The position numbers and the translations under genes are program-made. This document shows positions 23,436-31,347 of a stretch of 44,018 nucleotides of DNA, piece after piece. The notes beneath the pieces are model-generated. The model was not told the DNA's origin and did not search any database. It saw nothing but the letters and a program-made list of their open reading frames with translations. Each line of letters starts with the position of its first letter. Position 1 is the first letter of the stretch. This stretch comes from a virus. The stretch is taken from positions 1 to 44,018 of the IMG/VR virus record IMGVR_UViG_3300045988_037151; one strand, written 5' to 3'.

Positions 23436-24013
23436 TTATCCCACACCTTCTTTCGCTCTTTTGATTATGTCTGCGACGATCTGCTCAATCGACCTATTGT
23501 CAGTGGGTTTCGGTTGGAGCAAATCGTAAAAGCTATCTGCGGGATAGAAGCCGCCGTTTTTTGCAATCGTTCTGAGCGCGTTTGCTGTATAGATGTGATA
23601 TAACATCATCTCGCGCTGTGCCCTAATTTTAGATTTTGCGATATGCAAAAATGTGCTGATTAACCAGCCTTTTTTCCAGTTTTCGACGCAGAGCCAGAGG
23701 ACGCCCCAGTCTTCCTCCGACCCTGAAAGCCAAAAAGCTCGATCATGTCCTCGTCCGTGATAAGTTCCAGCACATCGTTATACAGCTCCGCCGCATTGGG
23801 CGCATAGTCTTCACTTTCTGACAGCGTTGCGATGATCTCCTTCATAGCGGCAGGTTCTTCAGCGAGGGCGCAACGGATATAGTCAAGCAGGGTGCAGCCC
23901 TTTTTCTTGAGAGCGGACACCTTTGCGCTTGTCGCAACGGTAAAGCACGGGGGCAGCAGCTTATTCACAACGGCGAACGCTTCGTCTCCGGTAAAGTCTT
24001 TCAGTCGTTTCAT
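23436..24013 (-). CDS. Tail assembly chaperone GT (product of a programmed -1 frameshift)
   Basis: A -1 shift at 23675..23669 reads ...KKGWLISTFLHIAKSKIRAQ..., continuous with ORF 23436..23648. The frame arithmetic is consistent: first-base coordinate mod 3 goes from 1 to 2. Confidence 0.6.
23660..24013 (-). CDS. Tail assembly chaperone G
   Basis: 117 aa, between the major tail and tape measure genes. It ends ...KTGKKAG, just after an A_AAA_AAG slippery site. Confidence 0.7.
   Translation of the reverse strand: MKRLKDFTGDEAFAVVNKLLPPCFTVATSAKVSALKKKGCTLLDYIRCALAEEPAAMKEIIATLSESEDYAPNAAELYNDVLELITDEDMIELFGFQGRRKTGASSGSASKTGKKAG
23669..23675 (-). promoter_or_regulatory. -1 slippery heptamer A_AAA_AAG
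   Basis: The plus strand reads ctttttt. The zero-frame codons are GGA AAA AAG. Confidence 0.65.
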
Positions 24014-24027
24014 CGCTTACCCCTTTC

Positions 24028-24609
24028 TCAAGTTTCACCGGTTCCGGCCTTGACGTAGACCTCGAAGGGCACTTCATCCTGATTCTCCATGCTATAATGT
24101 GCGGTGAATTCAGCGGCAAAATTGCCCTTCGCCTTATCGCTGGACTTAATCTGGAAACCGCCGGTAGAAAGCGTATTCATCATGTGGATTGCGATAAAGC
24201 CGCCGTTTTTTTCGCCGTTTTGGTCGCTGTAGTCTCCTACCCACCAAAGATCGGCGAAATCAGAGTCCTTAATGTCATTGCGCGGGACAATTTTTGTGCT
24301 GTCAGCAGATGCAATGTCTGCGGCACCAACCAGAGCCTTCGCAGCTGCGGCAGTGATTGTGACAAAAGTGCCGGACATTTTGATTTCCCAAGATTCGAGC
24401 TTTTTCAGCTCCTTCATGTTTTTGGGGCAATTATCGATGTCATCGCCCCAATCGGAAAACGTGGGAGTCGCAGTAAAATTCCAGCCGCCGGTAGATGCGC
24501 CGATAATCCCAGTGAGTGTACCGTCGCCGGGCGTGAAGCTTGTGCACAGGCAACCTGCGTTCAGCTGGATTTCCTTAAAAGCGTTTTCGGGGATCTGTGT
24601 ATATCGCAT
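24028..24609 (-). CDS. Major tail protein
   Basis: 193 aa. Position is upstream of the chaperones, the protein is beta-rich, and GGAG lies upstream. Confidence 0.7.
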   Translation of the reverse strand: MRYTQIPENAFKEIQLNAGCLCTSFTPGDGTLTGIIGASTGGWNFTATPTFSDWGDDIDNCPKNMKELKKLESWEIKMSGTFVTITAAAAKALVGAADIASADSTKIVPRNDIKDSDFADLWWVGDYSDQNGEKNGGFIAIHMMNTLSTGGFQIKSSDKAKGNFAAEFTAHYSMENQDEVPFEVYVKAGTGET

Positions 24610-24620
24610 AAAGTCTCCTT

Positions 24621-24992
24621 TCAGCCGGTCGTCAACCAGTTGGTTTCGATGTTGATATAGCGCTGACGGATTTTATCATCGTCAGTGTTTTTGATTGGCT
24701 GCCACGCGGGTTCTCCGCGCTTCAGCCATACCGCGCCGCCATCACAAGGGATGATCTTCCCGCCCATACCGATTGCGGCACAGATTTCTTCGGCCTTTGC
24801 GTTCGCAACAGCGCCACTGGTGTCTCTGTAGTACAGATTGACGGTCAATGGAGAGTCGGTGTCTCCAAAGCAGCCAAAAGAGGCGTCATACGTCATGTAT
24901 GGATAGGAGACTACATTCGGCACCGCATCAACGGCATAAGCCGTAAGGCCAAACCCGGACAGCCAGCTATAAATGGCTTGTCCTCTTGTCAT
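24621..24992 (-). CDS. Tail completion/terminator-like protein
   Basis: 123 aa. Called from position in the head-tail joining block only. Confidence 0.45.
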   Translation of the reverse strand: MTRGQAIYSWLSGFGLTAYAVDAVPNVVSYPYMTYDASFGCFGDTDSPLTVNLYYRDTSGAVANAKAEEICAAIGMGGKIIPCDGGAVWLKRGEPAWQPIKNTDDDKIRQRYINIETNWLTTG

Positions 24993-25345
24993 GCGCCAAT
25001 CGCCCCCGTTCTGGAGACATCGGCTTGCATCAGGGGCAAGGTAGAGATTTTCGGGGCTTTTTTTTCTCGCGGGTCACTCGTCACTCGGTATACGATTGTG
25101 TTGTCATCAGCCTTGACGAGATAGTGATCGCGCAGAATCGGGGCATTGTTGCGGAACAGCGCTGTAGTGGTCACACTTGCTTTGAGTCCTTCCGCAATCA
25201 ATGTTTCGGTCGTAGTTGGGAAGGAAATAGCCGCCTCAATCGTGCCGATCTCCACATACTTCCGCGTAAAATCGCCTTCTCCATCGGAGACGGTCTGCCG
25301 CTCATACAGCTTATAATCAGAGAACATCGTTTCAAAAAGCGTCAT
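24989..25345 (-). CDS. Head-tail adaptor/head closure protein
   Basis: ATG at 25345 in an ATGA overlap. 118 aa. Called from position only. Confidence 0.45.
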   Translation of the reverse strand: MTLFETMFSDYKLYERQTVSDGEGDFTRKYVEIGTIEAAISFPTTTETLIAEGLKASVTTTALFRNNAPILRDHYLVKADDNTIVYRVTSDPREKKAPKISTLPLMQADVSRTGAIGA

Positions 25346-25752
25346 AATTTCCTCCATCTGTTCAGGCGCGAGGCGAAAACATTCTTCCACGTCAGCGGCT
25401 TTCCATTTTTGTCGGTTGCCCTCTGATAGGAATAACCGCCGAACGATTCGCTGACGAGTGTGGAATTGTCGCTGTTTTTCTCCACCCATTGATTGATTTC
25501 GTCAGAGAGCGCAACTACCTCAGGCGGAATTTTCAGGCTCCAAATTGACCCTTCAAAAGTCTCTGTCATGAGATTGTCGGCTGGGTATTGGTAGACACCG
25601 TCGTTAAACATCGAGCCGCAGATGCGAAAATATTGGCCGTGAACGAGAAACGGGAGCGTAATGCTCCCGTTTTTGATCTCGTATTCATCTTTGTGGATGC
25701 CGTCAGGGGCGACGAACCAGTTCCGCAGGTGCGACAGTACCTCTCCAAGCAT
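25342..25752 (-). CDS. Head-tail connector protein
   Basis: 136 aa, directly downstream of the capsid gene. Confidence 0.45.
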   Translation of the reverse strand: MLGEVLSHLRNWFVAPDGIHKDEYEIKNGSITLPFLVHGQYFRICGSMFNDGVYQYPADNLMTETFEGSIWSLKIPPEVVALSDEINQWVEKNSDNSTLVSESFGGYSYQRATDKNGKPLTWKNVFASRLNRWRKL

Positions 25753-25767
25753 CTACAATCACCCCTA

Positions 25768-26799
25768 TCAGCCGAGCGTCTTCATGACACCCATGCGGAT
25801 GTTCTCGGCATTCCACTTGAGGCTCCAGTTCGCCTTTGTACCCAGCTCGGTGGTGGTGGGAGACTCCTTTGCGATGTTGTCCACAGCAAGGCTGAAGCCG
25901 TTCGGGTGCAGCACTCTGCCCTGCTTGGTGTACAGCATCTCGACACCTGCCTTTGTCTCAGGGTCGTAGTCGGTGTAGTAAGGCTCCTCGTAGTTGGTCT
26001 TTGTAGCGCCGACAAAGCAGCCGGTGCCAAAGGTGTAGGTCTTATAAACCACAGTATCAGCCTTGCTGCCGACAGTCTCCTTGCTCGCGGTGTACTTGTT
26101 GTTGACCAGCGCAACCATGCCGCCGATGCTGGGCAGCTTGACCTCTCTGCCGAGTGCGTCGGTCACAGTGTACTTGTCGTAATCGACCAGCTTCAGCGCC
26201 TTGTAAGCGGCCATAATCTTGCTGTTCAGGACGATCAGGCCGGTGCGATTGTCGGTATCACCAAAAGCGGCCTCCTGCGCATACATGAGGGAGGTTTCAT
26301 CCGCGAATCCGGTCTTATTTTTGTTGTTTGCGGCGGTGGTAAGATTGTAGACGTGGGAGGACATCGCATCAAGGGACAGGATAGCGTCGGCAATGGTCAT
26401 CAGCTCGTGCTGCCACACCTGCTGATAATAGCCGGTGACGGCGTTCGCCATGTGCTGCATAGGATCAGCGCCGGTCAGCTCCTTTGTAAAGTCCTGAGCC
26501 TTCCATGCCTTCATGCGCTGGATCAGCATACAGGTCTGCTTGCCTCCGGAGATAGTCTCAGGGGTGTTGTCGGTCTCGCCATCGTTGTTCTTGGGCGCGT
26601 AGTCGTCGATGGTGATCTCCTTATAAAACGGGATGGTCGCCACGTTGCCCTTTGTGCCGATCAGAGACATGATGGAGGGACTTTCGGCCACAATGCCGGA
26701 TGCGATGATATTGGTGTTATACAGCGGCTGTTCCTGCATATACTCTGCAAAAACTTCCTTGTCAAAGTCAAAGCCGCCAAATGTGCCGGTTCTTGCCAT
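25768..26799 (-). CDS. Major capsid protein
   Basis: 343 aa, following the scaffold gene. Size and position fit, and the antisense shadow ORF is discounted. Confidence 0.8.
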   Translation of the reverse strand: MARTGTFGGFDFDKEVFAEYMQEQPLYNTNIIASGIVAESPSIMSLIGTKGNVATIPFYKEITIDDYAPKNNDGETDNTPETISGGKQTCMLIQRMKAWKAQDFTKELTGADPMQHMANAVTGYYQQVWQHELMTIADAILSLDAMSSHVYNLTTAANNKNKTGFADETSLMYAQEAAFGDTDNRTGLIVLNSKIMAAYKALKLVDYDKYTVTDALGREVKLPSIGGMVALVNNKYTASKETVGSKADTVVYKTYTFGTGCFVGATKTNYEEPYYTDYDPETKAGVEMLYTKQGRVLHPNGFSLAVDNIAKESPTTTELGTKANWSLKWNAENIRMGVMKTLG

Positions 26800-26804
26800 T
26801 TACA

Positions 26805-27380
26805 TCAACCTTTCTTCAGTTGTTCGTAGCGCTCAGGGTCTTCATGCTTCAGTCTCATCTTTTCGTCAAGGGTCATGTCTCCCCAAGCCTTTTCCTTGCC
26901 TTTGTTGCCGGGCGGGGTGCTTGTATCCGCGCCCTTTTTGCCGGATTTGCCGATAAAATCAGCCCATTCAGTTTCAAAGTAGGACTTTGCACCGTCCTTG
27001 TCCTTCAACTCGCCATCATCGTCGATTTCGTACTTATCGACATCGACGACCTTTAAAATGGCCTGAATGCGCTTTTCGGTAATACCGGCCTCGCTTGCGA
27101 CCTTTGCCAGAGCGGTTTCTTTCGCCCGGCGGGTGTCCTTTTTGGACTGGTCAGCCTTATAGTCGTCAAACTGCTTCTTGACGTCATCGTATTTGGTTTT
27201 CCATTCGTCAGAGCCTTCATCCAATTTCTTCTGGAGGTCGGCTGCGGTGTCCGCTTTATCGGACAATGTCTTGATCTGCTCTTTCAGCGCGTCAACAACT
27301 TCGGTGTGGCTTTCAATGATCTGGTCGATTGCCGCATCTTCGATGCCGAGAGCCTTCAGAAATTTACGGGTAAATGCCAT
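26805..27380 (-). CDS. Scaffolding protein (GP20-like)
   Basis: ATG at 27380 preceded by AAGGAG. 191 aa starting MAFTRKFLKALGIEDAAIDQIIESHTEVVDALKEQ..., helical and charged. Confidence 0.7.
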   Translation of the reverse strand: MAFTRKFLKALGIEDAAIDQIIESHTEVVDALKEQIKTLSDKADTAADLQKKLDEGSDEWKTKYDDVKKQFDDYKADQSKKDTRRAKETALAKVASEAGITEKRIQAILKVVDVDKYEIDDDGELKDKDGAKSYFETEWADFIGKSGKKGADTSTPPGNKGKEKAWGDMTLDEKMRLKHEDPERYEQLKKG

Positions 27381-27553
27381 GTGTTGCACTCCTTTTCTTC
27401 GGTGGCTGTACTTCGCCATGTGCTTATATAATCCTCAGTCCTTCGAGGTTTATAACAAAACTGCCAACCAGAATTGCACTGGGGGACGTGGCCATGCCAC
27501 GCCAGCTGCTTTTACGGCGGCAGCTTATAGGGAGGTGAAAACAATCCGTCTGG

Positions 27554-27628
27554 TGGGGCTTGCGGTCGGACTCGAACCGACAACCCGACGCTTACAAGGC
27601 GCCTGCGCTTCCATTGCGCTACGCAAGC
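27554..27628 (-). tRNA. tRNA-Thr (anticodon UGU), CCA encoded
   Basis: Hand-folded cloverleaf: GCTTGCG-TA-GCGC-AATGGAA-GCGC-A-GGCGC-CTTGTAA-GCGTC-GGGTT-GTCGG-TTCGAGT-CCGAC-CGCAAGC-C-CCA. All stems pair, with one G-U. Confidence 0.85.
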
Positions 27629-27630
27629 AC

Positions 27631-27657
27631 GAAAAAGGACTGACTAAAAGCCAGTCC
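27631..27657 (-). terminator. Hairpin plus U-run just upstream of the tRNA
   Basis: ggactg (27637..27642) pairs with cagtcc (27652..27657), followed on the minus strand by TTTTTC (27636..27631). A weaker A/T-rich hairpin lies at 27671..27697. Confidence 0.4.
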
Positions 27658-27707
27658 AAAAGAGTTTGAAAAAAGGCCGACAAAAAGCCAGCCTTTTAAC
27701 GGTCTGT

Positions 27708-28025
27708 TTACTTTGTAAATCCACGATCAAACGCGGCCTGCAACTCGCTTACATGGTCAGAAACGGAATGCACAAGGAAACCGTTTCTCGCTTCCTGATA
27801 TTGCGCATATTCGACTTCTGAGCCGATGCGTCCGGTGTCTCCGTTGACCTCATATGCAATACTATTGCGCAATCGTCCTGTTTTTACCGGGCATCTGCCG
27901 CCCATCGCTTTCGAGATTTTCGCATAGCCGGTTGCGACACCGCAAGCAAGTTCCAGCCCCAGCGTAACGCCCTGCTGGATGTCAGACAAGACGGAGCTGG
28001 TATTGTCAATTTCGTTTATGCTCAT
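27708..28025 (-). CDS. HK97 gp10-like morphogenesis protein
   Basis: 105 aa. KTGRLRNSIAYEV...VEYAQYQE resembles the gp10-family motif (TG.L..SI....veYA.yve). Confidence 0.5.
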   Translation of the reverse strand: MSINEIDNTSSVLSDIQQGVTLGLELACGVATGYAKISKAMGGRCPVKTGRLRNSIAYEVNGDTGRIGSEVEYAQYQEARNGFLVHSVSDHVSELQAAFDRGFTK

Positions 28026-28215
28026 CTGTTTCCTCAGTCAGCGGGATGCCGTATTCTTCGAGTATTTTTTTCCCCATATACGCTTGATAGCGATCTATAT
28101 CCTCATCGACTCCATCAAACGGTAAGGAGCGCACCTCTTCCTCCGTGTACGGGTCCGCAGAAGCAGCCCAACGCCGGAATTTTTTAATTTTCTCCGATGT
28201 CATAGTAAACGCCAT
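28006..28215 (-). CDS. Hypothetical small protein
   Basis: 69 aa, overlapping both neighbours, within the head module. Confidence 0.4.
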   Translation of the reverse strand: MAFTMTSEKIKKFRRWAASADPYTEEEVRSLPFDGVDEDIDRYQAYMGKKILEEYGIPLTEETDEHKRN

Positions 28216-29329
28216 ATTTTTCGGCCTCCTCTAAGACGCGGTTCATCTCCTGCAAGTAACTTTCAACATCCCCGTTCTTCACAAGTCTAAGCAACTTCTT
28301 TGCTACAGTTGTCATAAACTCGGAAAATCCCACTTTATCATAGTTGACCGTTTTAAACGCCCCATAAACAGTTCCATTATTGCCGACAGCGGTTAACCCC
28401 ATCATGTTTTCTCGTTCCACAAACCTGAGCAAATCGGAATGTGTAAAGGTTGTATTTGTCGGATGGTTATGTATGCCGATGTAGGGATATTTCCTGTCTG
28501 GGATAGTCACACTTTCATCTCCAACGATGATATGTTCATCAAGCAGCATATCTGGGTAGCGCAACGTGTATGCGCATTCCTTATTCGGGAATTTCTTTGC
28601 ATATCGCAGCAGCTTCTTGTGAGCGAACAAAAGGCGTTCTGTCTGATCTTCTGTCCAACCGGGTGCGCTGATTTTGGGCAAAGATGCTATCGTTCTATCC
28701 GTGACCGCATAGCGCTTGATTTTCTTGGACGCCTTTCCGATGGACTGGAACCTGTTTTCCTGCCACCGCTCAAATGCCGCCTGCGCATCTTCGGTATACT
28801 GCGCTGCGCTTTCGCTGTTCACGCCATCCAATACCGTTCGCATGGAGCACCGGCAGTTGTAGACCTCAGATGCAGCACCGTCCGGGTCTCCTGGGCACAG
28901 AAGGCCGTTGCTGAATCGCTCTTGCGGTTTGACGATTTCACCGTTGACCGCCATGTGGCTTTCGCGGGTTCGTTCGTCGCCTGTGGCCAGCCATTGCTTG
29001 CCAAGCCCGGACACGCCAGCAGCTTCAAGAGCTTGCAGCCGGGAAAGCCGCCCGCCATTCTCTGCACTGGTTACTGCCGTTCGGACACTGCGAACAGCGC
29101 TCGACATATTGGTTTTGGAGATATTAGCCAGCGTAAACGCCATTCCATCGACGGATTGACCACGCAAAATGCCTGATAGCACGATGCTATTTATCCTGCT
29201 TCTATTATAAGCCACATCCGCGCCCTTGTCTACTTTGAGATGCGGCAAAAGGTCAGGATCGTCAAACCAGAGGCGGCGCACAGTTTCCTCGTCCACCACA
29301 TCAAATGCGATGTTATCTTTGCTGATCAT
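28184..29329 (-). CDS. MuF/SPP1 gp7-like minor head protein (core) with an extra C-terminal domain of about 180 aa
   Basis: WLATGDERTRESHMAVNGEIV...PGDPDGAASEVYNCRCSM is the Phage_Mu_F signature. The C-terminal extension contains GIHNHPTNTTFTHSD. Confidence 0.8.
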   Translation of the reverse strand: MISKDNIAFDVVDEETVRRLWFDDPDLLPHLKVDKGADVAYNRSRINSIVLSGILRGQSVDGMAFTLANISKTNMSSAVRSVRTAVTSAENGGRLSRLQALEAAGVSGLGKQWLATGDERTRESHMAVNGEIVKPQERFSNGLLCPGDPDGAASEVYNCRCSMRTVLDGVNSESAAQYTEDAQAAFERWQENRFQSIGKASKKIKRYAVTDRTIASLPKISAPGWTEDQTERLLFAHKKLLRYAKKFPNKECAYTLRYPDMLLDEHIIVGDESVTIPDRKYPYIGIHNHPTNTTFTHSDLLRFVERENMMGLTAVGNNGTVYGAFKTVNYDKVGFSEFMTTVAKKLLRLVKNGDVESYLQEMNRVLEEAEKYGVYYDIGEN

Positions 29330-29699
29330 TCACGATTTCCTCGTACTCGAAAAGTGCATAGTTCGCATTCAGGGCGGCGATTGTGGGAAGGTCTTTGTTC
29401 CCCTCCTTTGCCGCCTCTTGATTTGCTCTGTACAGCAACTCCGCGATTTTCTGGTTGATCTCCTTCGCCTTCTTGCCGCGGATGAGCTTCTCCATCTTCC
29501 ACTGACGGAGCTGTGCTTCTGTTTTCTTCCCGTCCTCCACCCACTTTTCCCACTTCCCCAGCTCTGGCTCAAGCTCTGCCATAAGCTGTTCAATGTACTT
29601 TTTGAGCTGCGTATCGGCCTTGCGATAAATCCTGCCGATGCGGGTTTCAACGTCGCCCAGCATCTCGTCAGTCATCTTTCGCGCGGGGTCTGGCTTCAT
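29313..29699 (-). CDS. N-terminal segment of the MuF-like protein, encoded as a separate overlapping ORF
   Basis: 128 aa. ...RIYRKADTQLKKYIEQL...AQLRQWKMEKLIRGKK...NANYALFEYE resembles the usual MuF N-terminus. It overlaps 28184..29329 by 17 nt in another frame. Confidence 0.5.
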   Translation of the reverse strand: MKPDPARKMTDEMLGDVETRIGRIYRKADTQLKKYIEQLMAELEPELGKWEKWVEDGKKTEAQLRQWKMEKLIRGKKAKEINQKIAELLYRANQEAAKEGNKDLPTIAALNANYALFEYEEIVNDQQR

Positions 29700-31102
29700 T
29701 CTGCCTCATCCTCTTCGCCCTGTGAGCCGTCAGTCTCGTTCTGCGCTGCGAATTGCATTCTACTGACAGATTCATCATCCATTTCCGAAAGCCGCTCCTG
29801 CACCTCCTCAGGGGTCAGGAAGGGGAGCTTCTGCAATGTGAGCTTGTCGCCCAGCACAGTGGCCGCTGTCATAACCATCTGGGTTTCCTCCGTCTGGTTG
29901 GCAATGCGATTCCATTTGAATGACGGTTCATCATCAATTCCGGCCAGCGCGAAGATGCGGTGAATGCACTCGATCAACGCATACTCGAATGCACCGCACT
30001 TGTCATCCTGAGCCTGATATGCTGCCCTGATCTCTGTGGCAGTCTTATCAGCAGCTGAAATGTTATCTACGTTTAGGATCTGGAAATCTCGGTACATATC
30101 CTGCTCCAAGATTTCCATCATCTTTACTCGCGCTTCGTGAGGAATACTGATCGTGTTCGGTGTTGCGTCTCCACCATCATCAGAGTCAACGACCATCGCC
30201 CGGACTGTTCGTAGTCGTTGCAGCCAATTGGTCATGTCCAGATCATCCATGCCGCCCGCATTTTTGATAACCCAGTAAATGCCGGATGTATCGTCAATCT
30301 CGTTGGCGAGGCCGCTCTTGATAAAATCCATGCAGTCGATGGAGTCCCGGACAAAATTCAGCTCGCTGACGTGTAGGTCATTTGCGTAAAATGGCACAAT
30401 CGGGAACGAGCCATAATTTTCGCCGCTTACAATTTCCTCACCGGCGATTTCGCTGGTTACGGTATGGAGGATATACGTCCGCTTTTGCTTGTAGACCTCC
30501 ATATCATCTTCGCCGCGCTTGATGTACTCTGTGTACCCGTCCTCCTCATAGAGGGTGTAGCGCCGCACATCATCTCTCAGCGCCCAGTATCTCACACCGG
30601 CCCGCAGCATCCCGCTGTCGGCATCCTCAAGCGGCGCAAATCCGGGAGAAGTCGGCGTATCGGCAAACCCGAAAACCTCAACATGATCTGCATTCCAAAA
30701 TGCAAACGACACCCCGTCGATGCAGCCCTTTGTTGCAAGGGTTACAAGGCGGGTGTCAAAGTCGTCTCCGACTTGTTTTCGGGTCTTCTCCTTCTGGAAG
30801 CTCGTGCCGTTGGATAGCACATACTGAACCTGCTGGGTGACGGCGCGGCGAAAAAAGCCGGTTTTCAGCCGGTAGTCAGCAGACACCAGATCTGGGATTT
30901 TCTCGCCATTCACGGTGTACAAAAAACGCTGAAAGCGCTCCATCGTCACATTGTGCTTTGCATAATACGCCTCAGCCGCCGCCGCATCTCTGTATGCCTC
31001 CGAGCTTTTATGCACAGCCACCACAGATTCGATAAACTCCATGATGCCCGATTCCGGCATACCATGCTCCCGCATTTCGGCCAAATCCTGATAGTAATAC
31101 AC
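29696..31102 (-). CDS. Portal protein (SPP1 gp6-like)
   Basis: 468 aa, between TerL and MuF, with an acidic C-terminus and an N-terminal pattern typical of SPP1-family portals. Confidence 0.85.
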   Translation of the reverse strand: MYYYQDLAEMREHGMPESGIMEFIESVVAVHKSSEAYRDAAAAEAYYAKHNVTMERFQRFLYTVNGEKIPDLVSADYRLKTGFFRRAVTQQVQYVLSNGTSFQKEKTRKQVGDDFDTRLVTLATKGCIDGVSFAFWNADHVEVFGFADTPTSPGFAPLEDADSGMLRAGVRYWALRDDVRRYTLYEEDGYTEYIKRGEDDMEVYKQKRTYILHTVTSEIAGEEIVSGENYGSFPIVPFYANDLHVSELNFVRDSIDCMDFIKSGLANEIDDTSGIYWVIKNAGGMDDLDMTNWLQRLRTVRAMVVDSDDGGDATPNTISIPHEARVKMMEILEQDMYRDFQILNVDNISAADKTATEIRAAYQAQDDKCGAFEYALIECIHRIFALAGIDDEPSFKWNRIANQTEETQMVMTAATVLGDKLTLQKLPFLTPEEVQERLSEMDDESVSRMQFAAQNETDGSQGEEDEAE

Positions 31103-31110
31103 GCTTCACA

Positions 31111-31347
31111 TCACCCTGTTTCTCTCTCGTTTTTCTTCTTTCGCCGCAGGATTGTGTACGCAAAATACCGCACATCGTCCATGCAGTTATGTACGATTAT
31201 CCCGCCATTTACGGAAAAGTTATGGAAATCATCAACTTCCATGTTGTACACAGCTTCTTTCCCCGCTTTTTTTATGCTGGTTATTCCAACGAAGTTTATC
31301 CCCACAGGATGCTGAGCAACATTTCCTTTTTGTGTATTTGTTTGCAA
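31111..31347 (-). CDS. terL: Intein C-terminal splicing half fused to the TerL C-extein (start uncertain: 31305, 31347 or 31395)
   Basis: ...ITSIKKAGKEAVYNMEVDDFHNFSVNGGIIVHN|CMDDVRYFAYTILRRKKKNERETG carries Hint blocks F/G, then Cys+1, then the terminase D..RY motif. The TTG at 31347 has GGAGGTG at 31360..31354. This ORF is in a third reading frame. Confidence 0.6.
   Translation of the reverse strand: MQTNTQKGNVAQHPVGINFVGITSIKKAGKEAVYNMEVDDFHNFSVNGGIIVHNCMDDVRYFAYTILRRKKKNERETG

Noticed and set aside
25588-26829. Long plus-strand ORFs antisense to well-supported minus-strand genes: 25588..26829, 1194..2204, 8269..9027, 12289..13062, 21993..22877, 42481..43464, 40113..40832, 35594..36328, 29226..29963 and others.
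   Set aside because: These are typical shadow ORFs of GC-rich coding DNA. They lack SD sites, their translations are low-complexity and Arg/Ala/Gly/Cys-rich, and each fully overlaps a gene with recognisable motifs.
27554-27628. The tRNA-Thr gene as the phage attachment site (tRNA-targeting integrase).
   Set aside because: It is a complete tRNA about 20 kb from int, inside the late operon. The non-coding tract next to int (6714..6984) is the more plausible attP.
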